Positions 1-12,405 of a stretch of 64,000 bases of DNA are shown piece by piece. The translations under genes and the position numbers were made by a program. The stretch covers positions 159,746 to 223,745 of the forward strand of contig LYOR01000001.1 in assembly GCA_001766825.1 (NCBI GenBank). Direction: 5' to 3'. The notes beneath the pieces were generated by a model. That model was not told the origin of the DNA. It made no database searches and saw only the letters and a program-made list of their open reading frames with translations. Source of the stretch: Candidatus Syntropharchaeum butanivorans. GTDB lineage: Archaea; Halobacteriota; Syntropharchaeia; Syntropharchaeales; Syntropharchaeaceae. Each line of letters starts with the position of its first letter. Position 1 is the stretch's first letter.

Positions 1-891
1 AACCCCTTCGATACGATAAAAGATCTTTGAGCAGTTTTCAACGATGATCTTCGGTCCCCCGATTGGAACCGGCTTTTTCTCCACCCATCCAAACTCATCC
101 ATCACATCCTGATCAAGTATCTCTGATACTTTTCCGATCGCAGCGATCCCGCCATCCTCAAGGAGAATGCATCTATCCGTGATCCTCAAGGTGTCGAACC
201 ACTTTGATGTGAGTATCATCGTGAGCCCCTCATCGATCTCAGCTCTGAGGGATGCGTTAATCATCTCCATCGTCTTTGGATCGATTGTTCCGGTTGGTTC
301 ATCCGCGAAGAGTATCACCGGCTCCCGCACGAGCTGCCTTGCAAGAACGATTCGCTGCTTCTCGCCTGCACTGAGATCCCTCGCGATATATCTACTCCTA
401 TGTATCATATTTACACGCCTGAGCGTCTGCCGGATGCGCTCTTGCCGCTTATTCTTTGGGTAATTCACAAGTCTCAGCGCCTCCATCAGATTGTCCCAGA
501 CGGTTGCCTCTGAGTAGAGTGAGAACGTGCGCTGAAGCATGATTGCAGTGCGATTGAAGACCTCCTTGAAAGCCTCTGTACCCTCCATCTCCCAGAGATC
601 TAACTCCTCAATCCACCTGCTGGTTGATCCACACCTCGGACAGGGAAGATCAGACATAGATGGTGGATCGAGCCAACCACACCCGCAGAGGGTGAGGCGA
701 TATATCACGGATCCTTTTGTCGGTCTGTACTCTCTGATCCCCTTGAGTGCATTTATCAGGACACTCTTACCCGATCCACTCTTTCCAACTATCCCGACCC
801 CTTCACCCTCCCTTATCCTGAAGCTGACCCCATCAAGCACTCGTTTCCCTGAGAACTCCTTCTCCAACCCCTCAACGATGAGAATATCCAT
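1..891 (-). CDS. atwA: methyl-coenzyme M reductase system component A2 (AtwA-type ABC ATPase), N-terminal 297 codons; ORF runs off the left window edge
   Basis: Own minus-strand translation from the ATG at 891-889 gives MDILIVEGLEKEFSGKRVLDGVSFRIREGEGVGIVGKSGSGKSVL (Walker A). It also shows a Cys-rich insert LCGCGW...CPRCGS, the ABC signature LSAGEKQR and Walker B ILFADEPTG. An ABC domain with a zinc-ribbon-like insert is the AtwA architecture. The ORF is missing from the supplied track because it is open at the edge. Confidence 0.8.
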   Translation of the reverse strand, partial: MDILIVEGLEKEFSGKRVLDGVSFRIREGEGVGIVGKSGSGKSVLINALKGIREYRPTKGSVIYRLTLCGCGWLDPPSMSDLPCPRCGSTSRWIEELDLWEMEGTEAFKEVFNRTAIMLQRTFSLYSEATVWDNLMEALRLVNYPKNKRQERIRQTLRRVNMIHRSRYIARDLSAGEKQRIVLARQLVREPVILFADEPTGTIDPKTMEMINASLRAEIDEGLTMILTSKWFDTLRITDRCILLEDGGIAAIGKVSEILDQDVMDEFGWVEKKPVPIGGPKIIVENCSKIFYRIEGV

Positions 892-894
892 CCT

Positions 895-1566
895 TCAACT
901 CCCTCCATCCCGTTTTATCTTATTTGCAAGAAGATGAGCAATTCTTGTTGGTTCAGGGAGCTTGTATCCTCTGATACAGGATTTAACCAGTTTCAAAGAG
1001 CTTTCAGGGGATATCTTATGCCCTGGTGCAACGATAATCGGTTTACATCCCTTCTTACTCTTGAGGTAGTATCCAACCTCCCTTCCCCTGTAGGTTATGA
1101 TAGATGCATCCCCCTCCTTAACCGGCAGATCCCCCTCGCCACAGAGAATATTCTTTGCAACCCCAACCGTCGGGATATCAAGTGTGACCCCAACATGGGT
1201 TGCAAGCCCTGCAAACCTTGGATGGTTGATACCGCACCCATCAACAAAAAGAACGTCCGGCTTCCTATCAAGCGAAGAGAAAGCCTTAATGATTGAAGGG
1301 GCCTCCCTGAATGTGAGAAGGCCCGGTATATACGGGAAATCAACGCTTAGAATTGCATAGGATGAATCAAGAGGTTTCATCGAGGGATATTCAAGTACCA
1401 CAACCGCGGAAATGATCATCTCCCCCTCATCATCTCCCCCTCTGAGAAATGCCTGATCTACCCCTGCCACAAGCTCAATCTGATCAAGACTTATCCAGTC
1501 CTCGAGAATGGTGCGAGACGCAATCTCCCTCTGTATTCTGTATAACTCCCCCCTGTCCAAGATCAA
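895..1566 (-). CDS. nfi: endonuclease V (deoxyinosine 3' endonuclease)
   Basis: 223-aa ORF. Blocks VAGVDQAF, PYIPGLLTFREAP, DVLFVDGCGINHPR, PTVGVAKN and GYKLPEPTR match Nfi. The stop lies 3 nt before the atwA start. Confidence 0.85.
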   Translation of the reverse strand: MILDRGELYRIQREIASRTILEDWISLDQIELVAGVDQAFLRGGDDEGEMIISAVVVLEYPSMKPLDSSYAILSVDFPYIPGLLTFREAPSIIKAFSSLDRKPDVLFVDGCGINHPRFAGLATHVGVTLDIPTVGVAKNILCGEGDLPVKEGDASIITYRGREVGYYLKSKKGCKPIIVAPGHKISPESSLKLVKSCIRGYKLPEPTRIAHLLANKIKRDGGS

Positions 1567-2735
1567 AAAACCTCCAGGATCTTTTTTAATGCATTGACAA
1601 GCTCGACATTATCTTCATGCCTCCTGATCCCGATCCTGGCAAATTCTGGAAGACCGAATGAGGCACAATCACGGATATAAATCCCCTCCTCGAGAAGTTT
1701 CTCATTGATGGATGCTGCACTTCGTCCGTGAAGATCCACAAGGATGTAGTTTGCATCACTCTCGAAGGGAGTGAGGGACAACCGCTTGAGCTCCCCAAAA
1801 AGATATGCTTTTTCCCGCTCTATCAACCTTACAGATCTGTTCAGGTATTCAATCCCATCTATAAGGCTAACTACGAGCTTCTGGGCGAGGGCATTTACGT
1901 TCCACGGAATCTTAACCGATTTAAGTGCTGATATCACACCTTTATCCGCGATAAGATATCCAATCCTGATTCCCGCACATGCAAATGACTTTGTGAGAGA
2001 TCTGACAATTATCACGTTACCATACCTTATCAGATCGTCTGAGTACCACCTCTTCAGTGAGAGATCTGCATAAGCTTCATCTATGACCAGGAAAGACCCC
2101 GTCTGCTTGCAGCTTTCAACTATCTCCAAAACGTCTTCTCTCCCCAGATACTCACCTGTCGGGTTGTTTGGATTGCAAAGAAAGACGATTTTCGGATTAA
2201 TTACCTCTATCTCACGCTTGAACGATTCAATATCCATCCGGAAGTTGTTAGCTCGGGATAATTGATGATAACAGACCTGTCCACCCATCATAATGACTGT
2301 CCGTCCATATTCACCATAGCTCGGCGACGGAATGAGCGCGACATCTCCTTTCTCGATTGAAATAAGTGGGATCATAAACAGAAGCTCGGATGCCCCGTTT
2401 CCAACGAGAACCTCCTCTTTCAATACCCCTCTTGACTGTGCGATCACGTTGCAGGGGTTGGATGAATCAGAATCCGGATAATGAATGAGGCCTGCTGGAT
2501 CGGATGCGAACCTTCTCAGGGATGCAGCAATCGATGGAGGAGGCCCAAGCGGGTTAAGTGAGATGCTGAAGTCCAGCCTGACCCCTTCAACCCCACCACC
2601 ATGCTTGCATGGTCTGATCCCTCTTATCTCCTCCCTGATGAGGCCCGCTCCCATCATTCCAGCTCCATCAGAATGAAGGAGCTTCTGTTTGATAAATCTA
2701 TACCTGGGGAAGATGGGGCCTGACCACCAGGCCAT
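1563..2735 (-). CDS. class I/II PLP-dependent aminotransferase family, threonine-phosphate decarboxylase (CobD)/HisC-like
   Basis: 390-aa ORF with KHGGG, LDFSISLNPLGPP, GNGASELL, SPSYGEY, NPNNPTG and SLTKSF (PLP-lysine block). It overlaps nfi by 4 nt. The real start may be the internal MMGAGL (near 2660), because 2735 lies only about 45 nt from the 23S 3' processing stem. Confidence 0.6.
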   Translation of the reverse strand: MAWWSGPIFPRYRFIKQKLLHSDGAGMMGAGLIREEIRGIRPCKHGGGVEGVRLDFSISLNPLGPPPSIAASLRRFASDPAGLIHYPDSDSSNPCNVIAQSRGVLKEEVLVGNGASELLFMIPLISIEKGDVALIPSPSYGEYGRTVIMMGGQVCYHQLSRANNFRMDIESFKREIEVINPKIVFLCNPNNPTGEYLGREDVLEIVESCKQTGSFLVIDEAYADLSLKRWYSDDLIRYGNVIIVRSLTKSFACAGIRIGYLIADKGVISALKSVKIPWNVNALAQKLVVSLIDGIEYLNRSVRLIEREKAYLFGELKRLSLTPFESDANYILVDLHGRSAASINEKLLEEGIYIRDCASFGLPEFARIGIRRHEDNVELVNALKKILEVF

Positions 2736-2777
2736 TGAAGAAAAGATCGGTCATAAGCTCTGCGGCCCAGATTACGC

Positions 2778-2787
2778 CTGGATATAG
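2778..2787 (-). other. 3' strand of the 23S processing stem (pairs with 5734-5743)
   Basis: ctggatatag (2778-2787) is the exact reverse complement of ctatatccag (5734-5743). This gives a 10-bp helix enclosing the 23S, as in archaeal pre-rRNA. Confidence 0.65.
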
Positions 2788-2789
2788 CA

Positions 2790-5730
<2,941 letters not shown>

Positions 5731-5733
5731 TCA

Positions 5734-5743
5734 CTATATCCAG
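5734..5743 (-). other. 5' strand of the 23S processing stem (pairs with 2778-2787)
   Basis: See the partner feature; exact 10-bp complementarity. Confidence 0.65.
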
Positions 5744-5842
5744 TTAGCGTCCAGATCTTGGAACTTATGATCGTTTCATTTAGCATCGCATCACGCGTGC
5801 TATCAACACTTCCTCAAACGCTTACGCGCAAGAGTGCATCTA

Positions 5843-5914
5843 TGGACTCGCTGGGATTTGAACCCAGGGCCTTCGCCTCGCAAAGGCGACGATCTTCCAC
5901 TGATCTACGAGCCC
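5843..5914 (-). tRNA. tRNA-Ala (anticodon UGC) in the 16S-23S spacer, no encoded CCA
   Basis: The reverse complement folds by hand into a cloverleaf: GGGCTCG TA GATC AGTGGAA GATC G TCGCC TTTGCGA GGCGA AGGCC CTGGG TTCAAAT CCCAG CGAGTCC A. The anticodon is TGC, and the G3:U70 alanine identity pair is present. Confidence 0.95.
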
Positions 5915-5931
5915 CGTCCCAGCCTTAATGG

Positions 5932-5964
5932 CTCTAATAATTTATCGACGATCCGATCAGCAGT
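5932..5964 (-). other. 3' trailer strand of the 16S processing stem
   Basis: The trailer RNA ACUGCUGAUCGGAU ... AUUAUUAGAG pairs with the leader (7496-7527). The two helices are 14 bp and 10 bp, each with one G-U pair, separated by an 8/9-nt internal loop. Confidence 0.75.
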
Positions 5965-5991
5965 TTGATCTTTATTTTATTTTTTTATTAT

Positions 5992-7472
<1,481 letters not shown>

Positions 7473-7495
7473 TGCGGGGATGACCACACACCAGG

Positions 7496-7527
7496 ACTGC
7501 CGATCGGATTTTGCCGAACTATTAGAG
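7496..7527 (-). other. 5' leader strand of the 16S processing stem
   Basis: The leader RNA CUCUAAUAGU-UCGGCAAA-AUCCGAUCGGCAGU is complementary to the trailer at 5932-5964 (hand-paired). Confidence 0.75.
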
Positions 7528-7591
7528 CCAACGTCGGACAGGAGCCCATCTCACTGTCCCCACTATGTAGTGGATATGGTTAATGGTAAAC

Positions 7592-7676
7592 ACCTATAAA
7601 AAGCTTTCTCAGGATGCTGAGAAAGCGTGATCGACCCACTATCTCCATATATATTAGCGTTCTCCATCTATATAAG
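7592..7676 (-). promoter_or_regulatory. rRNA operon promoter region with three TATA-like elements
   Basis: The minus strand reads GAGAAAGC-TTTTTATAGG (BRE+TATA, 7593-7610), about 120 nt upstream of the 16S 5' end. Two tandem copies of TCTCCAT-N-TATATA lie at 7641-7657 and 7660-7676, and a 10-bp perfect hairpin sits at 7603-7626. Confidence 0.45.
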
Positions 7677-7682
7677 ATTTAC

Positions 7683-8924
7683 TCACCCCTCCTCTCTTGT
7701 TTTTATGAGCTTTGAAATCTCCTTCACGATTGCCTCGGCTATCACCTTCTTTGGACCTTTTGCGTACTTCACACGCCCCCGTGATATGATCCTGACCTCA
7801 TTATCCTCCGTGCCCATCCCGGTTTTTCCCACGTCATTCGCAACAATCATCTCGATATTACACTCCCTCATCTTCTGCTTGGCTCTGTCGATGAGCTCCT
7901 CAACCGTTACATTTGTCTCAGCCTTGAACCCAACGATCATAAGCTCGGGGAATTTAGCGCGAACCTCGTCAATCAGCTTAGCAGTCGGTTTCAGTATGAT
8001 CGATAGCTCCTCCTTTCCCGAGGGGATCTTGGATGATGAGGGTTCACAGGTGTAGTCTGTGATTGCTGCAGCGGATATCAGGAGATCATACCCCTTCTCA
8101 AGCTCCCTGAGGCATGCCTCTGTCATCTCTCTTGCGCTCTCAACGAAAATCTCGTTGATCCCCATGATATCAAGGTGTTTATTGTGGATGATCGTGACAT
8201 CTGCTCCCTGTCTGTAACACTCCTTCGCAAGCTCAACCCCTGTCCTTCCAGAGCTTCGGTTCGTTATGATCCTGATCGGGTCTATCGATTCTGCAGTTGG
8301 ACCTGATGTTATGAGTACACGCTTGCCCCTGAGCGTCTTATCTGAGAGTGTATGCTCAACCGCAAGGACAATGTCATCGATCTCTGCAAACTTTGCCTTC
8401 CCCTCCTCAAATTTCGGACCTACTATCGTAACTCCGAGTTTTTTGAGCCTCTCTACGTGCTCTTTAAGGACCGGATGGTTATACATCGTCTCATGCATCG
8501 CGGGTACAAGCACGATGGGGATGTTTGATCCGAATGCCGTGATTGCGAAGGTTGTGACCGTGGTATCCCCGATCGCACACGCAATCTTCCCAAGTGTATT
8601 TGCAGTACATGGTGCAACGAGAAATAGATCTGCAGACCCCTCCATCCCGAGAAACTCCACATGCTCGATCTTTCCCATCAGCTTTGTGATCACCTCATGC
8701 CCGGTAGCATAGTGCAGGGTGTACGGGTGTATTATCTCCATCGCAGAAGGGGTCATAACGGCATACACATCTGCACCATACCTTATAAGCTCCCTTGCAA
8801 GCTCAACAGTCTTTATTGCAGCTATACTCCCAGTTACACCAAGAACTATCTTTTTCCCAAGGAGAGAATGGCTCTTTGTACCTTTTATCCTGAGTGTGGG
8901 ATGAGGACCTCTTGAATCATCCAT
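7683..8924 (-). CDS. coaBC: bifunctional phosphopantothenoylcysteine decarboxylase / phosphopantothenate-cysteine ligase
   Basis: 413 aa. The N-terminal flavoprotein block GKKIVLGVTGSIAAIKTVELARELIRYGADVYAVMT and the C-terminal DFP ligase-like half (ITSGPT...RFITNRSSG-like ITNRSSGRTG) are both present. Confidence 0.85.
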   Translation of the reverse strand: MDDSRGPHPTLRIKGTKSHSLLGKKIVLGVTGSIAAIKTVELARELIRYGADVYAVMTPSAMEIIHPYTLHYATGHEVITKLMGKIEHVEFLGMEGSADLFLVAPCTANTLGKIACAIGDTTVTTFAITAFGSNIPIVLVPAMHETMYNHPVLKEHVERLKKLGVTIVGPKFEEGKAKFAEIDDIVLAVEHTLSDKTLRGKRVLITSGPTAESIDPIRIITNRSSGRTGVELAKECYRQGADVTIIHNKHLDIMGINEIFVESAREMTEACLRELEKGYDLLISAAAITDYTCEPSSSKIPSGKEELSIILKPTAKLIDEVRAKFPELMIVGFKAETNVTVEELIDRAKQKMRECNIEMIVANDVGKTGMGTEDNEVRIISRGRVKYAKGPKKVIAEAIVKEISKLIKTREEG

Positions 8925-8927
8925 ACG

Positions 8928-9857
8928 TCAAACCTCCAGGAAACGCTTATCTGAAAAATCCTCCCTCATGACGAGGACGACCCTGCTTATCTCAGATTCA
9001 TCCTCGATCGCGTAACCATCCAGTGAATCCACAATTTTCCCGGTAAACTCCCTTATCTCATTGTGTGAAGGCATATTCGATCGATCAAGCCTCATGCGTG
9101 AGTATCCAAGATGCATGTACGACTTAACCTCGATAAAGTCAGGTTCTGCCCGGTGGATGAGCCTCGCATATACGTCTGGGTCAACCATGTTAACGCCCTT
9201 TATCATCGTCAGCCGGATCACCTTTCTTGTCCTGAGCTTTGATAAAGTCTCAAGTGACTCCATGATCCTCTCCCAGTAGTCATCATCTGGATGGCATATA
9301 CGCTCATACAGGTCACGATTGGGCGCGTTAAGCGATAGATAAGCTTGAGTCGGTCTCACTCTCCGAAGCATCTCAGGGTTTGTCCCATTTGTCACAAGAA
9401 ACGTCGTGTACCCGAGTGCGTTAAGCTCATCGATGAAAGCGGGTAAATAGGGGTAAATGGTCGGCTCACCGATGAGCGATATCGCAACGTGCTTGGGCTC
9501 GGCCGCCTCCCTGAGCCGTTTTGTGTCTGTCGTATCAGAACCGCCATACCCGGATAAAATCCTCCTGTGTTCGAGTAAGAGGGCCTGAATCAGCTCTGAT
9601 GGGGTATCCCATACGATATCGTCCTCACTCAATTCGATGAACGGTCGCCAGCAATGGATGCATGCCTGGTTGCAGAGGATTGTGGGCGTCATCTGGATGC
9701 AACGATGTGATGCAACCCCATAAAACCTCCCCTTGTAGCAGAACTCCCCTCCCCTCATCGCTTTTTTTAACCATAGGCAGGGCTTGGTTGCACTGTGCTG
9801 ATGCTCCCCAAAAAGGTGGTATCCCTGCAATTCAAGCCTTCTGATCCAATCATCCAC
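8928..9857 (-). CDS. taw1: tRNA 4-demethylwyosine synthase (TYW1/Taw1), radical SAM
   Basis: 309 aa. The blocks GEFCYKGRFYGVASHRCIQMTP and CNQACIHCWRP (radical-SAM CxxxCxxC) are typical of archaeal Taw1. Confidence 0.8.
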   Translation of the reverse strand: MDDWIRRLELQGYHLFGEHQHSATKPCLWLKKAMRGGEFCYKGRFYGVASHRCIQMTPTILCNQACIHCWRPFIELSEDDIVWDTPSELIQALLLEHRRILSGYGGSDTTDTKRLREAAEPKHVAISLIGEPTIYPYLPAFIDELNALGYTTFLVTNGTNPEMLRRVRPTQAYLSLNAPNRDLYERICHPDDDYWERIMESLETLSKLRTRKVIRLTMIKGVNMVDPDVYARLIHRAEPDFIEVKSYMHLGYSRMRLDRSNMPSHNEIREFTGKIVDSLDGYAIEDESEISRVVLVMREDFSDKRFLEV

Positions 9858-10422
9858 GTGATTTCCCCTCCTCGACCATCCTCAGGAAGTACCTGTATAG
9901 CCTCGTATCATCGACAAGCTCAGGGTGAAATGATGATGCGAGGATGTTCCCCTCTCTTGCAAGAACAACGCCCTCCTTAATCCTTGCAAGAACCTCCACA
10001 CCCTCCCCCACCTGTTCCATCACAGGTGCACGGATGAAAATCGCCTTAAACGGCTCATTTCCAAGAGCAGGTATATCAAGCATCGCCTCAAATGATTCAC
10101 GCTGTCTACCGAATGCATTCCTCTTCACATCGGCATTGATCAACCCCAGTCCATAGCGTGATCTACCAAGCACCACCAGCCCTGCACATGTACCGAATAT
10201 CGCTTTGCCACGATTTTTCGCCTCAATAATCTCCTGATCCACACCTTCCCCTCTCATGAGCCGCATAAATGTTGTGCTCTCCCCACCGGGGATCACAATC
10301 CCGTCACATGAATCTATGACCCCTGCCCGTCTGACAAGTCTCACCTCTGCACCCAGGCTCTCTATCGCCCTCTCATGCTCGGATACATCCCCCTGAAATG
10401 CAAGGAGCGCGATCTTCATCAA
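9850..10422 (-). CDS. pdxT: pyridoxal 5'-phosphate synthase glutaminase subunit PdxT
   Basis: 190 aa. Contains MKIALLAFQGDVSEH, DGIVIPGGESTT, FGTCAG (catalytic Cys) and SFHPEL. Confidence 0.85.
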   Translation of the reverse strand: MMKIALLAFQGDVSEHERAIESLGAEVRLVRRAGVIDSCDGIVIPGGESTTFMRLMRGEGVDQEIIEAKNRGKAIFGTCAGLVVLGRSRYGLGLINADVKRNAFGRQRESFEAMLDIPALGNEPFKAIFIRAPVMEQVGEGVEVLARIKEGVVLAREGNILASSFHPELVDDTRLYRYFLRMVEEGKSRG

Positions 10423-10485
10423 TGATAATTTGATTCTGGTTACTTAAGCCTTGCTCAACGCTGATATCCCACCATGAAAAATCGC

Positions 10486-10497
10486 AATCTTTATATC
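10486..10497 (+). promoter_or_regulatory. TATA-box candidate for the cytochrome operon (apparently leaderless)
   Basis: aatctttatatc ends 23 nt upstream of the ATG at 10520. No Shine-Dalgarno sequence lies in between. Confidence 0.4.
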
Positions 10498-10519
10498 TTC
10501 TCCGGGGGTCATCCGTGAT

Positions 10520-11077
10520 ATGAGTCTCATAAAGAGGGTATGGACGGAGAGGAGAGACCTTATCGTCGGGATCATTGCAGGTATCATTTTGGGCGCGATC
10601 CTCACAGGAGGTGGCATCTTTGCATGGAACTTCAGCAACAGTGACAAGTTCTGTGTGAGCTGCCACAAGGTGATGGGCGGGTATGATGTGAAGCTCAAGC
10701 AGGGTCCCCACTGGAGCAAGCATTGCATAGATTGCCATGGTGAGGAGACCTTTACCGATGCGTTGAAGGTGAAGATGTTCGAGGACCCAAAGCTTCTCAT
10801 GAAGTACATAACAGGTAACTACGAGGTACCACCCCATGCAGAAATAACAAATGAGTTCTGCGAACGCTGCCATGTATCGCCTGAGAAGGGTAACAGGGTG
10901 TACTTTGACGTGAGCTTCGACCACGCGGTCCATGCAGAGAACCTCGAGTGTGAAACATGCCATGGCAGGGTCGCACACGGATACACGCCGATGCCAACCG
11001 GGCATGACCTCTGTGGTAAGTGTCACCTGAATGAGATCAGAGATCCAGCTAAGTGTAGCTTCTGCCATCGTATCTGA
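10520..11077 (+). CDS. membrane-anchored multiheme cytochrome c, NapC/NirT/NrfH-like, six CxxCH motifs
   Basis: 185 aa with an N-terminal hydrophobic helix LIVGIIAGIILGAILTGGGIFAW. The motifs are CVSCH(KVM), CIDCH, CERCH, CETCH, CGKCH and CSFCH at Cys45, 69, 114, 144, 165 and 179. Confidence 0.8.
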   Translation: MSLIKRVWTERRDLIVGIIAGIILGAILTGGGIFAWNFSNSDKFCVSCHKVMGGYDVKLKQGPHWSKHCIDCHGEETFTDALKVKMFEDPKLLMKYITGNYEVPPHAEITNEFCERCHVSPEKGNRVYFDVSFDHAVHAENLECETCHGRVAHGYTPMPTGHDLCGKCHLNEIRDPAKCSFCHRI

Positions 11078-11080
11078 TCG

Positions 11081-11410
11081 ATGACGAAAGTTGTAATCCA
11101 TGGCGGTGCCTGTAAGTTCAAAACCGAGGTGACAGTCCTGCATGAGGGGGAGAACCTGAGGATTGAGACGGTGTCAGAGTGTGAGTACTGCCGCAGTCTC
11201 GGGGATGATCTTGTAAAGGTGAGCTTCTCTGATCTATTTCCAGATACGGCAAGCCCGGCGCTCGGATTTATGGATAATCCCGTTTACAGGAAGGCTGATG
11301 AGCATCTCCCCCATGTCGATTGTCCTGTCCCGTGTGGCATCCTGAAGGCAATTCTTGCTGAGCTTGGCCTGCAGCTTAAGGAGCCACCAAAAATCGAGTT
11401 CACTGAGTAG
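11081..11410 (+). CDS. small soluble Cys/His-containing protein of unknown function, translationally coupled to the cytochrome
   Basis: 109-aa ORF starting 3 nt after the cytochrome stop. Contains GGACKF, SECEYC and HLPHVDCPVPCGILKA motifs, with no TM segment. Confidence 0.55.
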   Translation: MTKVVIHGGACKFKTEVTVLHEGENLRIETVSECEYCRSLGDDLVKVSFSDLFPDTASPALGFMDNPVYRKADEHLPHVDCPVPCGILKAILAELGLQLKEPPKIEFTE

Positions 11411-11413
11411 TTC

Positions 11414-12400
11414 TTATAGCAGGTTGCGCCGTTTAAGTATCTTTTCCTCTGCCTCCTCTCTTTCAATGAGTGTACCGGGGGGAAAGAGTGTGAGGAGTTT
11501 TGCTTCAGCACCGTACAGGATCCTGCTCTCGCGGAAGGTATCAGGATAGGTGTAGGACTCATCCATATACCGGATTCTTGCTTTGATCGTTTCATTCGGT
11601 GTAGGGGGGACTTCCTCAAGCCCTATCTCCTCAAGTATCACCTCTGCATCACTAACAAAGAGATTGGAGTAGTAATTACCCTCATAAAACCATGATGAGA
11701 GTCGTTCTGTAAATATCTCCTTTGATTCAAGCTCTCTAAGTGGTGCTGGCTCTGGCAAAACCCCCTCGTAAGGCCTCTCCCTCCAGCCAAGATCGACAGC
11801 ATGAGTTAGATCAAAATGGCGCGCGAATATCTCAAAGGAACTCCTTTCGCTGACTGCTCTATCCACAAGGGAAGAAAGATGGGCAAAAAAAGGTGTAATT
11901 TCCAGATTCTCTCTTTCCTTCTGGATCTCGCGAAGAAGCGATGATCCTTGAGTGGGGGAGTACTGTCTGCATATATCCATCATGCGATCACCGGTCTTTG
12001 GATGTCTCAGGAAAAGCTCTTCCGGGTCATTCTCATTTATCTCAATGATCTCCCCCCTGCTCACCTTATATCTGAAGAAAAACTCGAGATTGAGGTTATT
12101 GTCATTTAAACAACTCAGTGAGATCGTTGTATCTCCAAAAAGTGCCTGAACAGGTGCTGGATCAAACGAATGCGCGCTGTTAAAGAGATAAACGTAGCTG
12201 AGCCAGCACACACTCCCACTCAAAGAGGGTGAGTCGAGAATATATCTGTTTCTAACCCTGTACTCCTCCCTCATCTCATATAGATATGACTTATATCTGG
12301 CCCTGCTGGGAGTGCATGTAACCCCCCTGTACGTTCGTGACCAGTTCCGTTCAACTGGCCAGTACTCCCATGGTTCGTAAATGATCCGCTGGAGAGGCAC
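11414..12400 (-). CDS. hypothetical protein (328 aa), no recognisable domain
   Basis: Long ORF with a 5-nt gap to the upstream 253-aa ORF on the same strand. I could not recognise any motif. Confidence 0.55.
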   Translation of the reverse strand: MPLQRIIYEPWEYWPVERNWSRTYRGVTCTPSRARYKSYLYEMREEYRVRNRYILDSPSLSGSVCWLSYVYLFNSAHSFDPAPVQALFGDTTISLSCLNDNNLNLEFFFRYKVSRGEIIEINENDPEELFLRHPKTGDRMMDICRQYSPTQGSSLLREIQKERENLEITPFFAHLSSLVDRAVSERSSFEIFARHFDLTHAVDLGWRERPYEGVLPEPAPLRELESKEIFTERLSSWFYEGNYYSNLFVSDAEVILEEIGLEEVPPTPNETIKARIRYMDESYTYPDTFRESRILYGAEAKLLTLFPPGTLIEREEAEEKILKRRNLL

Positions 12401-12405
12401 GGTCT

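Noticed and set aside
2736-2789. 5S rRNA downstream of the 23S
   Set aside because: Only about 50 nt separate the 23S processing stem from the next ORF, and nothing 5S-like (about 120 nt, conserved loop E/helix pattern) is present anywhere in the window.
10373-11143. 256-aa minus-strand ORF overlapping the cytochrome locus
   Set aside because: It is antisense to an ORF that encodes six regularly spaced CxxCH motifs plus a TM anchor. It has no motif of its own and would overlap pdxT, so the plus-strand reading is far better supported.
11801-11821. RHFDLTH in the 328-aa unknown protein as a HEPN-like Rx4-6H motif
   Set aside because: A short R...H pattern is expected by chance about once in a protein of this size and Arg content, and there is no supporting HEPN helical context that I can verify by eye.
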